Assembly (NCBI GenBank): GCA_963738945.1
Contig: CAVTYD010000002.1
Span: forward strand, 3,215,027 to 3,279,026
Reading direction: 5' to 3'
DNA length: 64,000 nucleotides
Origin: an uncultured Acidobacteriota bacterium
GTDB lineage: Bacteria; Acidobacteriota; Thermoanaerobaculia; UBA5066; Gp7-AA6
Every line of letters begins with the position of its first letter. The first letter of the stretch is position 1. The notes under the pieces are model-generated. The model had not been told where the DNA came from. It did no database searches and was given only the letters and a program-made list of their open reading frames with translations. Made by a program: the position numbers and the translations under genes. Positions 13,305-27,000 of the stretch are shown here, in pieces.

Positions 13305-16292
13305 TTAGAACTCGGGGCCGATGTAGAAGATGAACTTGAAGTTGCCGCAGGTGGTGTCGAGGCCCAGGGCGGCGCACTGGACCGGCGGCAGGGCCTGCTT
13401 GAAGTTCCACTGCCTCGCGAAGTCGAAGTGCAGCGGCAGCCCGAGAAAGTCGAGCGAGAGGCCGAACCCGTAGTCGGCCAAACCGCCGGAAGAGCCGTTG
13501 CATCCGGGCGCTCCGTTGCCGCCGCCGCAGAGGGTGTAGTCCGACCAGAACTGGAACGGCTGATTCTTCAGGGCGGCGCCGCCGATGTCGACGAATCCCT
13601 TGGCCCGGATGTCGCTGATTCCCAGGATCGGCGTGGCGAGAAAGTCGATGAGCGGAATTCGCAGCTCCAGGTTCATGAAGGCGGCGGAGTTGCCGATGAT
13701 GCTGTAGTAGGGGAATGCCCGCAGGGTGTCGAGCCCGCCGAAGGCGAGCACGTCGGGCAGGTTGCCGGTCGACCGGAACCCGTAGAACCGGGCGGCGATC
13801 AGCGAGCGTTCGGTCAGCTTGAAGTAGTGCCGGAAGTCGGCGGTCATGTCGAAGGAGAGCGTGGGGCCGCTCGAGGCCGGAAGCTCCGTCCCCCCGGTGA
13901 AGATCGCGTAGTTCAAGCCGAACGAAAGCCTCCGCCCGGAGATCGGGCCGAAGGACTGGTATTCCGCCGTGTCGCCCACGAGCTTGACGCCGACGGTCGG
14001 GAAGTTGTTCTCGGTGGGGATGGTCACGATGCCGTTTCCCGCGTCGGTGTTGACCCAGACCGGGTACGCATCGTACTTGCGCGAGACGAACCCGACGCTG
14101 CCCTCGAGGCGGTAGTAGCGGTTCATCGGGTAGCTGCCGAAGAAATTGCCGCCGATGAACCGGAAAGGGTTGTTGACGCGCTGGAGCTCGCCGTTGGTCT
14201 CGTTCAGGACGGTGTAGTAGTAGCTCTGGTAGTAGGCCTGGACGCCCTTCTGGAGCCGGTCGGACTGGTCGATGTAGGCGGCCTCGTAGTCGATGAACGA
14301 GGAGACCGACGACAGCGAGACGATCAGTCTCCGGTCGCCGAGGTTGTCGCCGAAGACCATGTAGCTGTTCGAGAGGAACACCTGGTCGGCCGAGAGGCCG
14401 ACGTTGATGGAAGCATCCTCGAGGGTCAGCTTGTGGCCCGGCTTCTTGTCGACCTTCTCCGGATCGATCGAAACCTCGATGGGCGGCTGGTACGGCGGAA
14501 TCGTCGTCGGTCCGGCCGGCGACGGCGCCGGGTTGAGCTCGGCGAGCCTGTGGAACGGTTTCTTCGCGTCCGTCACGTAGAGCGCGAAGCGGCGCTTGTA
14601 GTACGCCGAGAAGACCAGCCGCTCCGCGCCGTCGCGGCCGATGAGGACGACGGGAGAGAAGCATCCGCCGACGACGTTGGTGAAGACGCTCGTCTCGCCG
14701 TTGTCGAGGTTGATCGAGTAGATGTTGAAGATCCCGTTGACGCGATCCGACGTGTAGTAGAGCGTCTTGCCGTCGGGCGCGATCGACGCGTCCTCGTCGT
14801 TCCAGTCGCCGTAGGTGATCTGCTCCCGCGAGCCCGGGGTGCCCGGCCGGATGCGGAAGATCTTGGCCTTCGTGCCCTGGACCGACGAGTAGTAGAGCCA
14901 CTGTCCGTCGGGGGAGTAGGCGGGCGCGTAGTCGTAGGCGTCGTCGTTGGTCAGGTTCGCGGTCGTCTTCGAATCGAGGTTGTAGGCGAAGATGTCCGAC
15001 TTGCCGTTCTGGATCGCCCGGAACGCGACGGTGCGGCCGTCGGGCGAAAAGGCGGGATTCAACTGCTGGTCGAGGCCGGGCATCGGGACGAGGTCCCGGA
15101 TGCGGCCGTCGAGGGCGTTCAAGAGCAGGAGCTCGCGCCCGCGCTCGCGCCGGACGAACACCGCGATCGAATTTCCGTCGGGAGAGACCGCGAGATCCAC
15201 GCCGCCGATCGGGCCCGTCGTGAGCCACTGCGCGACGATGTATTCGTAGTCGGTCTTGTATCCCTTGGTCAGGTTCTTGAAGAGCTTCCGTTCGCGCGCG
15301 GAGACGACGACCACATTGGCGTCCTGGCCCAGGGTCGAGATCGCGGCGCCGAGATCGCCCGAGGGAAAGGCGCGGACCGACGTCTCCACGGAGGAGTTCT
15401 CCTCCGTCAGGCGCACGCGATCGCCGAAGTCGATCGGCTCGCCGGTGTCGGTGAGGATCTTCAGGAACCGCCGGCGGAGATAGCGGCGGAAGCGGATGTC
15501 GAATTCCTCCGAGGAGATGCCGAAGGTCCGCTCGAGCACGCGGTTCAGGTTGGGGCCGAGCTGGCCCCGGTAGTCGAAGACGAAGTCGCGGACGCCGTCC
15601 GGTCCCCACTCCGTCCGGATGAATTCGAAGAAGGCGTGGCCGAACCGGTAGGCGAAGAATCCGTAGATCTGGCGCTCGGCGATCTCGGGAATCTGGTCGT
15701 TGAGGACGGCGTCGCGCAGGACCATCTCGTCCTTGGTGTCTTCGTCGTTGCCGAAGTAGGAGGCCATGCCCTCCGTCAGCCACTGCGGCGAGCCCGACGT
15801 GTAGGCCCTCAGGAAGTTGCCGCCGTAGAAGATCTCGAACTGAAACACGTGGGTCAGCTCGTGGGCGATGAGCTTCTCGAGCTTCTCGTCGGGCAGGTCG
15901 ACCGGAAGCACCATGCGGTTTCGCGTCGGCAGGGCGAACGCGCCGATGCCCTCGGGTATGAACTCCTGCAGCGTGTTGGTCTGCTCGAACTCCGAGTGCG
16001 TCGAGTAATAGATGATGTTGACCGGCTTCGGAATCTGGAAGTTCAGGGCGCGCGAGATGTCGTCGTAGGCGCTCTCGGCGTAGGAGGCGACCTTCTGGAG
16101 CGACACCTGATCGCGATCGTAGAAGTAGATCGCGAAGTGAGTGGAGTGATAGATCTGCCACTTGAAGGTGTCGTACATGATCTTGTTCTTGCCGAAGTAG
16201 TCGTAGTAGGGGCTGATCACGGGCGTGATCTGTGCCGAAGCGGTCGCGGCCCCGGCGGCGGCAAGAAACAGGGCGAGTCCGAGCTTCCTCAT
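13305..16292 (-). CDS. outer-membrane protein: peptidase-MA-like HExxH domain + PD40/TolB-like beta-propeller + Omp85 (surface antigen D15) beta-barrel
   Basis: Signal peptide MRKLGLALFLAAAGAATASAQ. HELTHVFQFE. PD40 repeats (VSPDGNSIAVF, FSPDGRTVAF, YSPDGQWLYY, IAPDGKTLYYTS). C-terminal barrel blocks GGLDTLRAFPY, NLELRIPL, GFVDIGGA and a terminal ..FYIGPEF. Confidence 0.8.
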   Translation of the reverse strand: MRKLGLALFLAAAGAATASAQITPVISPYYDYFGKNKIMYDTFKWQIYHSTHFAIYFYDRDQVSLQKVASYAESAYDDISRALNFQIPKPVNIIYYSTHSEFEQTNTLQEFIPEGIGAFALPTRNRMVLPVDLPDEKLEKLIAHELTHVFQFEIFYGGNFLRAYTSGSPQWLTEGMASYFGNDEDTKDEMVLRDAVLNDQIPEIAERQIYGFFAYRFGHAFFEFIRTEWGPDGVRDFVFDYRGQLGPNLNRVLERTFGISSEEFDIRFRRYLRRRFLKILTDTGEPIDFGDRVRLTEENSSVETSVRAFPSGDLGAAISTLGQDANVVVVSARERKLFKNLTKGYKTDYEYIVAQWLTTGPIGGVDLAVSPDGNSIAVFVRRERGRELLLLNALDGRIRDLVPMPGLDQQLNPAFSPDGRTVAFRAIQNGKSDIFAYNLDSKTTANLTNDDAYDYAPAYSPDGQWLYYSSVQGTKAKIFRIRPGTPGSREQITYGDWNDEDASIAPDGKTLYYTSDRVNGIFNIYSINLDNGETSVFTNVVGGCFSPVVLIGRDGAERLVFSAYYKRRFALYVTDAKKPFHRLAELNPAPSPAGPTTIPPYQPPIEVSIDPEKVDKKPGHKLTLEDASINVGLSADQVFLSNSYMVFGDNLGDRRLIVSLSSVSSFIDYEAAYIDQSDRLQKGVQAYYQSYYYTVLNETNGELQRVNNPFRFIGGNFFGSYPMNRYYRLEGSVGFVSRKYDAYPVWVNTDAGNGIVTIPTENNFPTVGVKLVGDTAEYQSFGPISGRRLSFGLNYAIFTGGTELPASSGPTLSFDMTADFRHYFKLTERSLIAARFYGFRSTGNLPDVLAFGGLDTLRAFPYYSIIGNSAAFMNLELRIPLIDFLATPILGISDIRAKGFVDIGGAALKNQPFQFWSDYTLCGGGNGAPGCNGSSGGLADYGFGLSLDFLGLPLHFDFARQWNFKQALPPVQCAALGLDTTCGNFKFIFYIGPEF

Positions 16293-16311
16293 GCGGTGTT
16301 CGAGCCGTCCC

Positions 16312-17022
16312 TCAGTCGGTGAAGACGTAGCGCTCCGCCTCGCGCTCCCGCGGGACGAAGGTGTTCAGGATCTGGTTCTCGAGCGAGAACAGGTTCTCGA
16401 AGAGCCCCTGCAGCTCGTCGCGCTGCTTGCTGCCGGTCTGCCGGAAGTCCTTGAACTCGTCCTGCAGGAGCTTCTCGCCGGTGTGCCCGTCGACGACCAG
16501 GAACACGATGTCGAAGACGAAGCCCGTCTGCTCGACGTAGACCTGGCGATAGTAGGTCCGGCCGTCGATGGGAGACTGATACTCCTCGGTCTTGTAGCCC
16601 GACCGGTCCTCGACCTTGAACTCGAGGCTTCCCGAGACGATCAGCTCGGCCGAAGTCTGGGTCCCGACGGCGGCCCAGAATTCCTGGGCGCGCGCGAGGT
16701 CGGCCAGGTTCTGGGTCGGGAGCTTGACGTCCGGAGGCGTTTCGATGACGTCGAACTTCGTCTTCTTCTCGAGCTGCTTCTTCAGGAACCGATGAAACTC
16801 GGCCTGCACGTCCACGTTGGCCAGCCGCTTGTCTTTGGCCTTTTCGGGGTCCGTCACCATGATGAACGGGGCGAGCGCGATCCGCTCGTTGCCGCGAAGC
16901 GGCAGCTTCGGGCGCAGGGGCAGGCGCAGCTTGACCTGGTCCACGCCGGCGAATGCCGGCGAAGCGGCCAGAAGGAGCGCGACGGCGGCGGCGCCGAGGC
17001 GCCGCGCGGCTCTATGGAGCAC
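16312..17022 (-). CDS. exported hypothetical protein (operon partner of the Omp85 fusion)
   Basis: GTG at 17022 gives VLHRAARRLGAAAVALLLAASPAFAG, a signal peptide. The rest of ORF 16312..17343 upstream of that is out-of-frame overlap with the TPR gene. Confidence 0.6.
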   Translation of the reverse strand: MLHRAARRLGAAAVALLLAASPAFAGVDQVKLRLPLRPKLPLRGNERIALAPFIMVTDPEKAKDKRLANVDVQAEFHRFLKKQLEKKTKFDVIETPPDVKLPTQNLADLARAQEFWAAVGTQTSAELIVSGSLEFKVEDRSGYKTEEYQSPIDGRTYYRQVYVEQTGFVFDIVFLVVDGHTGEKLLQDEFKDFRQTGSKQRDELQGLFENLFSLENQILNTFVPREREAERYVFTD

Positions 17023-17380
17023 CGGAGGCCTTTCCGGTCGTCTTCGTGTAGGCCGTGTAGAACTCGGCGAAGCGCGCGTAGTTGCGGCGGATGTAGTTGT
17101 TCGTGGGCTCGATCTCGAGCGCCTTCTTGTATTCCGTGAGCGCCCGTGCGAAGTCCCCGCTCGCCTCGAGGGCCACGGCGAGATTGTTGTGGGCCCTCGC
17201 GTTGTCGGGCGCCTTCTGGACGGCCTGTTCGTAGCGGAACGCGGCCTCGCGCCACAGGCCTCGCTTCGCGACGGCGGTGCCGAAGGCGATCTGCGTCGAG
17301 GCCTTCTCCGTGTGGGAGTAGGAGGTGCAAGCCCCCGCGACAACCAGTAGAGAGAGAACGACGGTGCGGTTGAGCTTCAA
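17012..17380 (-). CDS. small TPR-repeat lipoprotein
   Basis: MKLNRTVVLSLLVVAGAC lipobox. TPR units such as AHNNLAVALEASGDFARALTEYKKALEIEP. Confidence 0.8.
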   Translation of the reverse strand: MKLNRTVVLSLLVVAGACTSYSHTEKASTQIAFGTAVAKRGLWREAAFRYEQAVQKAPDNARAHNNLAVALEASGDFARALTEYKKALEIEPTNNYIRRNYARFAEFYTAYTKTTGKASGAP

Positions 17381-17487
17381 GCGACTCCTTCGCCTCGCGC
17401 CACGCGGCGGGTCGGTATTATAAGTTTCCTGTCGGTTCGCAACGCCGGAATTGTCGATCCCCGCTCCATGAGGAGTACGTTAAAGCG

Positions 17488-18600
17488 GTGAGCTCGGGTT
17501 TGGTCTCGCGATGTGCGGCCCTCTCCTGGGCCCGGGGGCGTGCGATCACCCCCCAGCGGCTCTGGCCGGTGCTGCGCTCGCGGGGAGGCGTCGAACCGCT
17601 CCTGGCCTCGGCCGAGGACGAGCTCGCGGAGGAATTCAAATCTCAGGATTTGGCGAGAGCCGTGCTGCGCGGGCCGCACGATTCCGAGGCTCTGCTGTGG
17701 GCCGCCGGGATCGAGCGTACGGGAATCCGGATTTTGACGGCCTTCGACGCCGAGTATCCCCATGCGCTGGCAGAGATCGCCGACCCTCCGTTTCTCCTCT
17801 ATGCGATCGGGCGGGTCGAGCGGCTGCGGCTGCCGGCGGTGGCGATCGTCGGGTCGAGGGATGCCTCGCGCTACGGCCGCGACGTCGCCTGGAAGCTCTC
17901 CCGCGAGCTCTCGGCGGCCGGCGTCGTGGTCGTCTCGGGGTTCGCGCGGGGCGTGGACGCCGCGGCTCACGAGGCGGCCCTCGAGGGGCCGGGCGGCACG
18001 ATCGCGGTGCTCGGCTGCGGCGTCGACGTGGACTATCCGCGCGAGCACCGGAGCCTCAAGGATCGGCTCGCCGCCGAGCATCTGCTTCTCTCGGAGTCGC
18101 CGCCCGGAACCGAACCGCGACCCCAGAACTTTCCGATCCGCAACCGCATCATCGCCGGGCTCTCGGCCGGGGTCGTGGTCGTCGAGGCGTCGCGCCGATC
18201 GGGCTCGCTGATCACGGCGCGGCTGGCCAACGACTTCGGCCGGGACGTCTTCGCCGTGCCCGGATCGGTCTTCTCGCCGACGTCGGTGGGAGCGCACGAG
18301 CTCCTGCGCGACGGGGCGATCCTCTGCCGCGGCTCCGAGGACGTGCTGGCCGAGCTCTTTCCGTCGGTCGGCTCGCCGGCGCTTTCCTCCTCGGTTTCGG
18401 CGCGCGCCGCGGCCGACATCTCGCCGGAGGCGCGACGCATCTTCGACGCGCTCTGCCGCGAGGAAGGGCTCTCCGCCGAGGATCTCGCCCGGGCCCTCGA
18501 CTTGCCGGCCGCGACGGTTCTCGCGAGCCTCTTCGAGCTCGAGGGGGCGGGTTTCGCCGTTCCGTCGGCGGGCGGCCGGTACGGCGCGGTGCGGCGCTGA
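17488..18600 (+). CDS. dprA: DNA-processing protein DprA (Smf)
   Basis: AIVGSRDASRYG, VVSGFARGVDAAAHEAAL, NFPIRNRIIAGLS, EASRRSGSLITA. Confidence 0.9.
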   Translation: MSSGLVSRCAALSWARGRAITPQRLWPVLRSRGGVEPLLASAEDELAEEFKSQDLARAVLRGPHDSEALLWAAGIERTGIRILTAFDAEYPHALAEIADPPFLLYAIGRVERLRLPAVAIVGSRDASRYGRDVAWKLSRELSAAGVVVVSGFARGVDAAAHEAALEGPGGTIAVLGCGVDVDYPREHRSLKDRLAAEHLLLSESPPGTEPRPQNFPIRNRIIAGLSAGVVVVEASRRSGSLITARLANDFGRDVFAVPGSVFSPTSVGAHELLRDGAILCRGSEDVLAELFPSVGSPALSSSVSARAAADISPEARRIFDALCREEGLSAEDLARALDLPAATVLASLFELEGAGFAVPSAGGRYGAVRR

Positions 18601-18696
18601 GGGCCGGTCGGGAATACGGCGCTGTTGACGTGGGGTGCCGTCGAGGCGTTTGCTCTTTCCGCCCCGATATGAGACCGTCCGTCGCCCTAAAGCGAA

Positions 18697-21289
<2,593 letters not shown>

Positions 21290-21439
21290 ATATCGCGCCC
21301 GCCGCGAAGCGAGCGCCTCTCTCTGGGACTAGAAGGCGCTCGTATTCGCGACGCTCGCCAGTCCGCTCGGGTTCTCGTACGTCTTCACGGTGTTCGTCTG
21401 CCGTCGGGGCCGCGGATGACCCCCTGCATGGCGATCTCT

Positions 21440-23884
21440 CTATGGCAATCCGAACGTCTTGACCAGAAACACGGCCATCTGGCCGCGCGTGTTGGCACTC
21501 GACGGACAGTAGTTGCCGCCGCCGCAGCCTCCGGTGATCTGCTCGGCGGAGAGTTGCTCGATCCAGTCGGCGAAGGGCGAGGGGCAGGTGACATCGCCGA
21601 AAATGCCGCCGCAGGGGGGCGGCACGTACGTGGGCCCGTGCTCGCCCTTGAGAAGAAACACCGCCATCTGGTCGCGCCGCACCGGGTTCGTCGGGCAGTA
21701 GTTGCCGCCGCCGCAGCCTCCGGTGATGCCCTCGTTCGCCATCGCCTCGATCCAGGGGGCGAAGTTCGAGGAACACGGGACGTCCGCGAAGATGCCCGTG
21801 CAGGGCGGCGGGGTGTAGCAGAGCCCATGCTTGGACTTCAAGATGAAGACCGCCATCTGCTGTCGGAGGGTCGGCTGGACGACGCCGTAGTTGCCGCCGC
21901 CGACGCCGACGGTGATCCCGTTCTGCACCAGCGTCGTGACGTAGGAATAGAACTGCTGGGCCGGCGGCACGTCGAGAAAGTTGACGAGGAACCCCTTGAT
22001 CAGAGTGCCGCTGATGCCACTCGGGTCCTGAACCGTGATGTCGCTGGCCGTGCCGGGCCCGAGGGCCGGCGACGTCGCGGTGATCGTGCGGTCGTCCGCA
22101 ATGACGACGCTGCTTGCGGCCTGTCCGCCGATCGTGAGCGTCGCGCCGTCCTCGAAGTCTGTGCCGTGGATGGTCACGGCGGTGCCTCCGGCGGGCGGAC
22201 CGGAGATCGGATCGATCGAGAAGACGATGCGCGGCGTCAGCTCCGACGTATTGCCATTGGGGTCCGTGGCCGTCGCTACGACGACGTCACCCGCCTCGAT
22301 CGTCGGCGCCAGCGTCACATCGATCGCGACCACTCCCGTTCCGTCGGTCACGACGTCGGCGGCGCCGAGATAGGTCTGGCCCTGGTAGTAGTCGTGGGGG
22401 TGAGCCAGGCAGGGCGCGTTTTCGTAGAAGTCAAGCGTGTAAGCGGTCGACGGCGCGCTGTGGAGGACGCCGAGGATGTGCGTGCCGGAGCCAGGAGCGA
22501 GAGGCGTGGCCGAGGTAACGATCGGATAGTTCTGGAGTCCATTCCACCCCGTGTCGCCGTCGCCCGGATCGTTGGCCGTCGGCCCGTCGTCGCCGAGATC
22601 GATCGCGAGCTGCGGGTGAAGCGGGAAGGACGGGGAGACCTGTCCGAAGATGGCGTTGCCGCGAATCGTGTTGCCGGTCTCGGTCCCGAAGCCGAAGACC
22701 GTCACGCCGTTGCCGGCGTTGAACGCGATGACGTTGCCTTCGCCGGGATTGGGGCCGCCGATCGTGGTGTTGGAGGCGGTGTTGAGGAAGATGCCACCGT
22801 ATTGAGCGGCCGTAAGAGCGTTCCCTAGTGGGGCAGTTCCCGTCACGTCGGTCCCGATGAGGTTGCCCTGGATCACAACGCTGGAGGAGTAGACCTCGAC
22901 GCCCGCGGACGCATTGGCGGAGATCACATTTCGGGCGCCCGGGGTCGGGCCTCCGATCATGGCGTTTGCCGTTCCCCCGTTGAGGAAAACGCCCCAGCTT
23001 CCGTTGCCGAGCCCGCTCAGTCCGCTCACGTCGGTGCCGATGAAATTGCCCTGCAGGAAGAATCCCGACGCATTGCCCTGGGCGGAGACCCCCGAGCCGA
23101 GGTTTGCGGAGATGAGGTTGCCGGCGCCGGGGTTGCTGCCCCCGACGGTGTTGTTCGCGGAATTGATGTTGACCCCCGCGCCGTTGCCGAGGGGCAGCGT
23201 GCCGGTCACGTCCGTTCCGATGAAGTTGCCCTGGATCTTGTGGCCCGATCCAAAGAGAGTCTCCACGCCTTCGTGGCCGTTGCCGGAAATCAGGTTCCGG
23301 TCCGCCGGCGCGGTGCCACCGACGACGTCGTTGGTGGCCGCCCCCCCGACGATGTAGATACCGAAGTCGTCTCCGGTGTTGGCGTTGGGGCGCGCGATCG
23401 TGCCGGAAGGGTCCGTGCCCACGAAATTGCCGGCGATGGTGCAGTTGCTGCCGTTGGTGATCTGGAAAGCCGGCCCGGGCCACCGATTCATCACGAGGCC
23501 GCGGATCGTGCTGCCGTCGCTTCCCGCGCCGAGGTGCAGGCCGACTTCTCCGGAGGAGAACGCGCTCCCCTCGATCTCGATCAGGAGAACGGCATTGTCC
23601 GCGGCCGGGTCCGTATTGGCGCTCGCTCCCGGCTGGGTGTAGCCGTCGATGGTGACGGCGTCCGTCATGACGGGCAGTATCGTCACCGGCGAGATCGTCT
23701 GGACGCCGGAACCGGCGATGGTGAAGGTGATCGTATCGAGGCCGGGATTCGCGTTGGCGTCGAGGATCGCCTGACGAAGCGAGCCCGGGCCGGAGTCGGC
23801 CGTGGTCGTGACGTGAAACGTCGAGGCCGACGCCAGCGGAGAGACGGTGGCGAGCAGCGCGACGCAGAGCGCGGTTTTCCTCAT
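21440..23884 (-). CDS. secreted right-handed beta-helix repeat protein (CSLREA-type N-terminus) with IPT/TIG domain and three C-terminal SLH-like modules
   Basis: Signal peptide. [29 protein letters not shown]. Many ..GN.IGTD..G..PLGN.. beta-helix turns. [15 protein letters not shown]-like [18 protein letters not shown]. Three F.DV...F..WIE....[13 protein letters not shown]....R.QMAVFL modules. Confidence 0.85.
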   Translation of the reverse strand: MRKTALCVALLATVSPLASASTFHVTTTADSGPGSLRQAILDANANPGLDTITFTIAGSGVQTISPVTILPVMTDAVTIDGYTQPGASANTDPAADNAVLLIEIEGSAFSSGEVGLHLGAGSDGSTIRGLVMNRWPGPAFQITNGSNCTIAGNFVGTDPSGTIARPNANTGDDFGIYIVGGAATNDVVGGTAPADRNLISGNGHEGVETLFGSGHKIQGNFIGTDVTGTLPLGNGAGVNINSANNTVGGSNPGAGNLISANLGSGVSAQGNASGFFLQGNFIGTDVSGLSGLGNGSWGVFLNGGTANAMIGGPTPGARNVISANASAGVEVYSSSVVIQGNLIGTDVTGTAPLGNALTAAQYGGIFLNTASNTTIGGPNPGEGNVIAFNAGNGVTVFGFGTETGNTIRGNAIFGQVSPSFPLHPQLAIDLGDDGPTANDPGDGDTGWNGLQNYPIVTSATPLAPGSGTHILGVLHSAPSTAYTLDFYENAPCLAHPHDYYQGQTYLGAADVVTDGTGVVAIDVTLAPTIEAGDVVVATATDPNGNTSELTPRIVFSIDPISGPPAGGTAVTIHGTDFEDGATLTIGGQAASSVVIADDRTITATSPALGPGTASDITVQDPSGISGTLIKGFLVNFLDVPPAQQFYSYVTTLVQNGITVGVGGGNYGVVQPTLRQQMAVFILKSKHGLCYTPPPCTGIFADVPCSSNFAPWIEAMANEGITGGCGGGNYCPTNPVRRDQMAVFLLKGEHGPTYVPPPCGGIFGDVTCPSPFADWIEQLSAEQITGGCGGGNYCPSSANTRGQMAVFLVKTFGLP

Positions 23885-24002
23885 GAGATCCCCCTCTAGG
23901 GAAAGAGGCGCCCGAGGCGTTTTTTTTCCCGTTCTGCCTGCGCCGCCCTTTCGCGCCGCCCGGCCTATACTTCCCGCGCCGATCGATCGGAGCGGCTTTC
24001 CG

Positions 24003-27000
24003 ATGCTCCCGCGCTCGCCGGGTTCGCGCTCTTCGCGGTGGCCGATCGCGGGCCTCCTCGCCCTCGCTGCGGCGTCGCCGGCCCGCGCACAGGGACCGGA
24101 GCGCCTGCTTCCCGGGGCCGCGCTCGAGCGCGAGCTCTCCTCCGGGCAGGTCGCGGCCTACGCGATCCCGCTCGAGAGGGGTCAGTTTCTCAGGGTCGTC
24201 GTCGAACAGCGGGGCATCGACGTCGTCGTGACGTCGCTCGATCCATCGGGCCGGGAGATCCTGAAGATGGATCGCCCGAACGGATCGCGGGGCAACGAGA
24301 CGATTTCACTCATCGCCGATCGGTCCGGCGCGTTCGGCATGCGTGTGGAGACGCTGTATCCCCATGCGGTGGCGGGGCGATACGTCGTTCGCATCGCGGA
24401 GCTCCGGCCGGCGCTCGCCGCCGACCGGGAACGGCTGGCGGCCGAGCGGGACATCGTGATGGGACAGCGCGTCCAGGGGGAGGGGAGGTTTCGGGAGGCT
24501 CTTCCGTTCTACGACGATGCCGTCGCTCGCTTCGGCAGAATCGGCGACCGGTCCGAGCAGTCGGTCGCGCTCTTTCTCGCGGCGATCGGTCGAGTGCTCG
24601 TCGCGGACTACGCCCGCGCGGTGGAGCTCTACGGCCGGACGCGGGAGACGGCGAAGCTCGCGGGTGACGTACAGATGGAGGCCCGTGTCCTGTGTCGTTG
24701 GAGCATCCTGATCGCGAATACGGGACGCCCCGCCGATGCGATCGCCGTGGCGGAGGAGGGGGTCGCGCTGGCGGACCGGCTCGGCGATCGGGAAACCGAG
24801 ATCGAAGGGCTGGAGAACGCGGGTTACTCCGCCTACCTCCTCGGCCGTTATCAGAAGGCCCTCGAGTGCTACCAGCGGGCGTTGCCGCTCGCCCGCGAGG
24901 CGCGATTGCCGACGTCGGAGGCGTGGGCGCACTTCGGGTTCGGGTTCACGTACTGGGCGCTGTCGGAGCCGGAGAAGTCGATCCGCTCGTACGAAGAGGC
25001 CCTTCGTATCTGGCGGGCGCTGAAGAGCCTCGCCGGCGAGGCCGTCGCGCTTCAGGGTCTATCGCTGAGCTACTGGTCGATCGGCGCGGCGCAGAAGGCG
25101 TACGACGCGGTCGTCCAGACGCTGCCCGTCGTCCGAGCGCTCAAGGACGAGCGTGGCGAGGCGCTCGCGCTCTGCAGCCTGGCCCTCGCGGAGGCCGCCC
25201 TCGGGCGACCCGCCGTGGCGCTCGGCCACGCCCGCGAGGCGTATGCGATCTGGAGCCGGCTCGGCGACCCCCGGCAGGCCTGGGCGATCGCCAACGTGGC
25301 GACGACGATCGAATCGCTCGAGGGACACGAGGCCGCGGTGGCGTCGTGGACGGAGGCGCTCGCCGTCTCCCGGCGTTTCGGGAACCGCACCGTCGAATCC
25401 GGAATTCTGGCGATCGTGGCCCGGTCGGACCTCGTCCGGCACGACCCGGACGCGGCGCGCCGCCACGCGGAACAGTCGATCGCCCTCGTCGAGACGATCC
25501 GCGAGGAGGTCACGAGCGAGTCGCTGCGCTCGTCGTTTCTCGCCGCCAAACAGGATGCCTACGCCGTCCTGGTCGACGCGTTGCTCGAGCTCGACCGGCG
25601 TCAGCCCGACTCGGGCTATGCCGCCCTCGCCTTCGAGGCAAGCGAGCGCGGCCGCGTGCGCGGCCTCCTCGACGGAATCGCGGAAGCGCACCTCGATTTG
25701 ACCAACGAGCTTCCGTCCGAGCTGCGCGAGCGGGAGCGGGAGCTCGACGAGAGGATCCGGAGCCTCCGCGCCGAGCTGGTGCGGGGCCCCTCCGCCGCCT
25801 CGGAGGAGCGGCTTTCGCAGGCCGAGGAAGAGTGGGACCGCCTCGTTTCTGAGATGCGGGTGCGGAGCCCGCAGTACGCCGCCCTGGTCTACCCGAAAGC
25901 GGCCACCGCGAAGAGCGCGGCCTCCGCGCTCGACGACGGAACCGCCCTCGTTTCCTACGCCATGAACGACGAGCGCGTCGTCGTCTTCGTCGTCGGAAAA
26001 GACGGCGTGAAGGCGGTGCCGCTCGCGTTGCCGTCGGGCGAGGTCGCCGAACGCGTCGAGAACTTCGTCGGCCTCGTTGCTCACGGCGCCCGCGCCGAGA
26101 ATCTCGGACGGCGGCTCTATTCCGCCCTCGTCGAGCCGTGGCGCGCCCGCCTCGGCGCGGGCATCCGGCGGGTGATCCTCGTGCCGGACGGTGTGCTGAA
26201 CTCCCTTCCCTTCGAGAGTCTCCCCGACCGGGACGATCCCCGCCGCTACCTCGCGCAGGCCTTCACGATCTCGTATGCACCCTCCGCGACCGTCGTCGTG
26301 GCGCTCGCGGCCGGCCCTCGAACGCGCGCCGCGGCGGCCGGGGCGCTCCCGGTTCTCGTGCTCGCCGATCCGAGCGTCCCGAGCGCTCTCGCGAAGTCGA
26401 ACGGCGAGATCGACGGCCCGCGCTTCGAGACCGGCCCCCTCGCCTCCGCACAATCCGAGGCGCGCGCCGTCTTTCGCCACGGCGGACCGGGAAGCGAGCT
26501 CCGGACCGGAGCCCAGGCGAGCGAACGCTTCGTGTGGACCGTCCCGCTCGAGCGGTTCGGGGTCATCCACTTTGCGACGCACGCGCTGCTGAACCAGAGG
26601 GTCCCGTCGCGATCGGCATTGCTGCTGGCCGAGACGGCCGGGGAGAAGGACGACGGCCTCCTCCCGGCTCGCGAAATCTATCGACTGAAGATCTCGGCCG
26701 CGCTCGTGGTGCTGTCCGCCTGCCAGACCGCACGCGGTCGAATTCTCCCGGGCGAGGGAGTGCAGGGGCTGGCCCAGGCTTTCTTCCACGCCGGCGCCCG
26801 GTCCGTCGTCGCGAGCCTGTGGGACGTCAGCGACCGTCGCACCGCCGAGCTGATGTCGCGGTTCTACGATCACCTCGCCCGCGGCGAATCGAAGGCGGCC
26901 GCCCTCCAGGCGGCCAAGGTGGATCTGCTTGAGCGCGAGCCGGATCTCCCTCCCCGCTACTGGGCATCGTTCGTCCTGATCGGCGAGCCGGGCGGCTCGA

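Noticed and set aside
21310-21342. 9-bp perfect hairpin (cgagcgcct ... aggcgctcg) between convergent topA and the beta-helix gene as a bidirectional terminator. A similar weak hairpin lies at 60697-60714.
   Set aside because: There is no convincing U-tract on either strand and the loop is 15 nt. This is too weak to annotate as a terminator.
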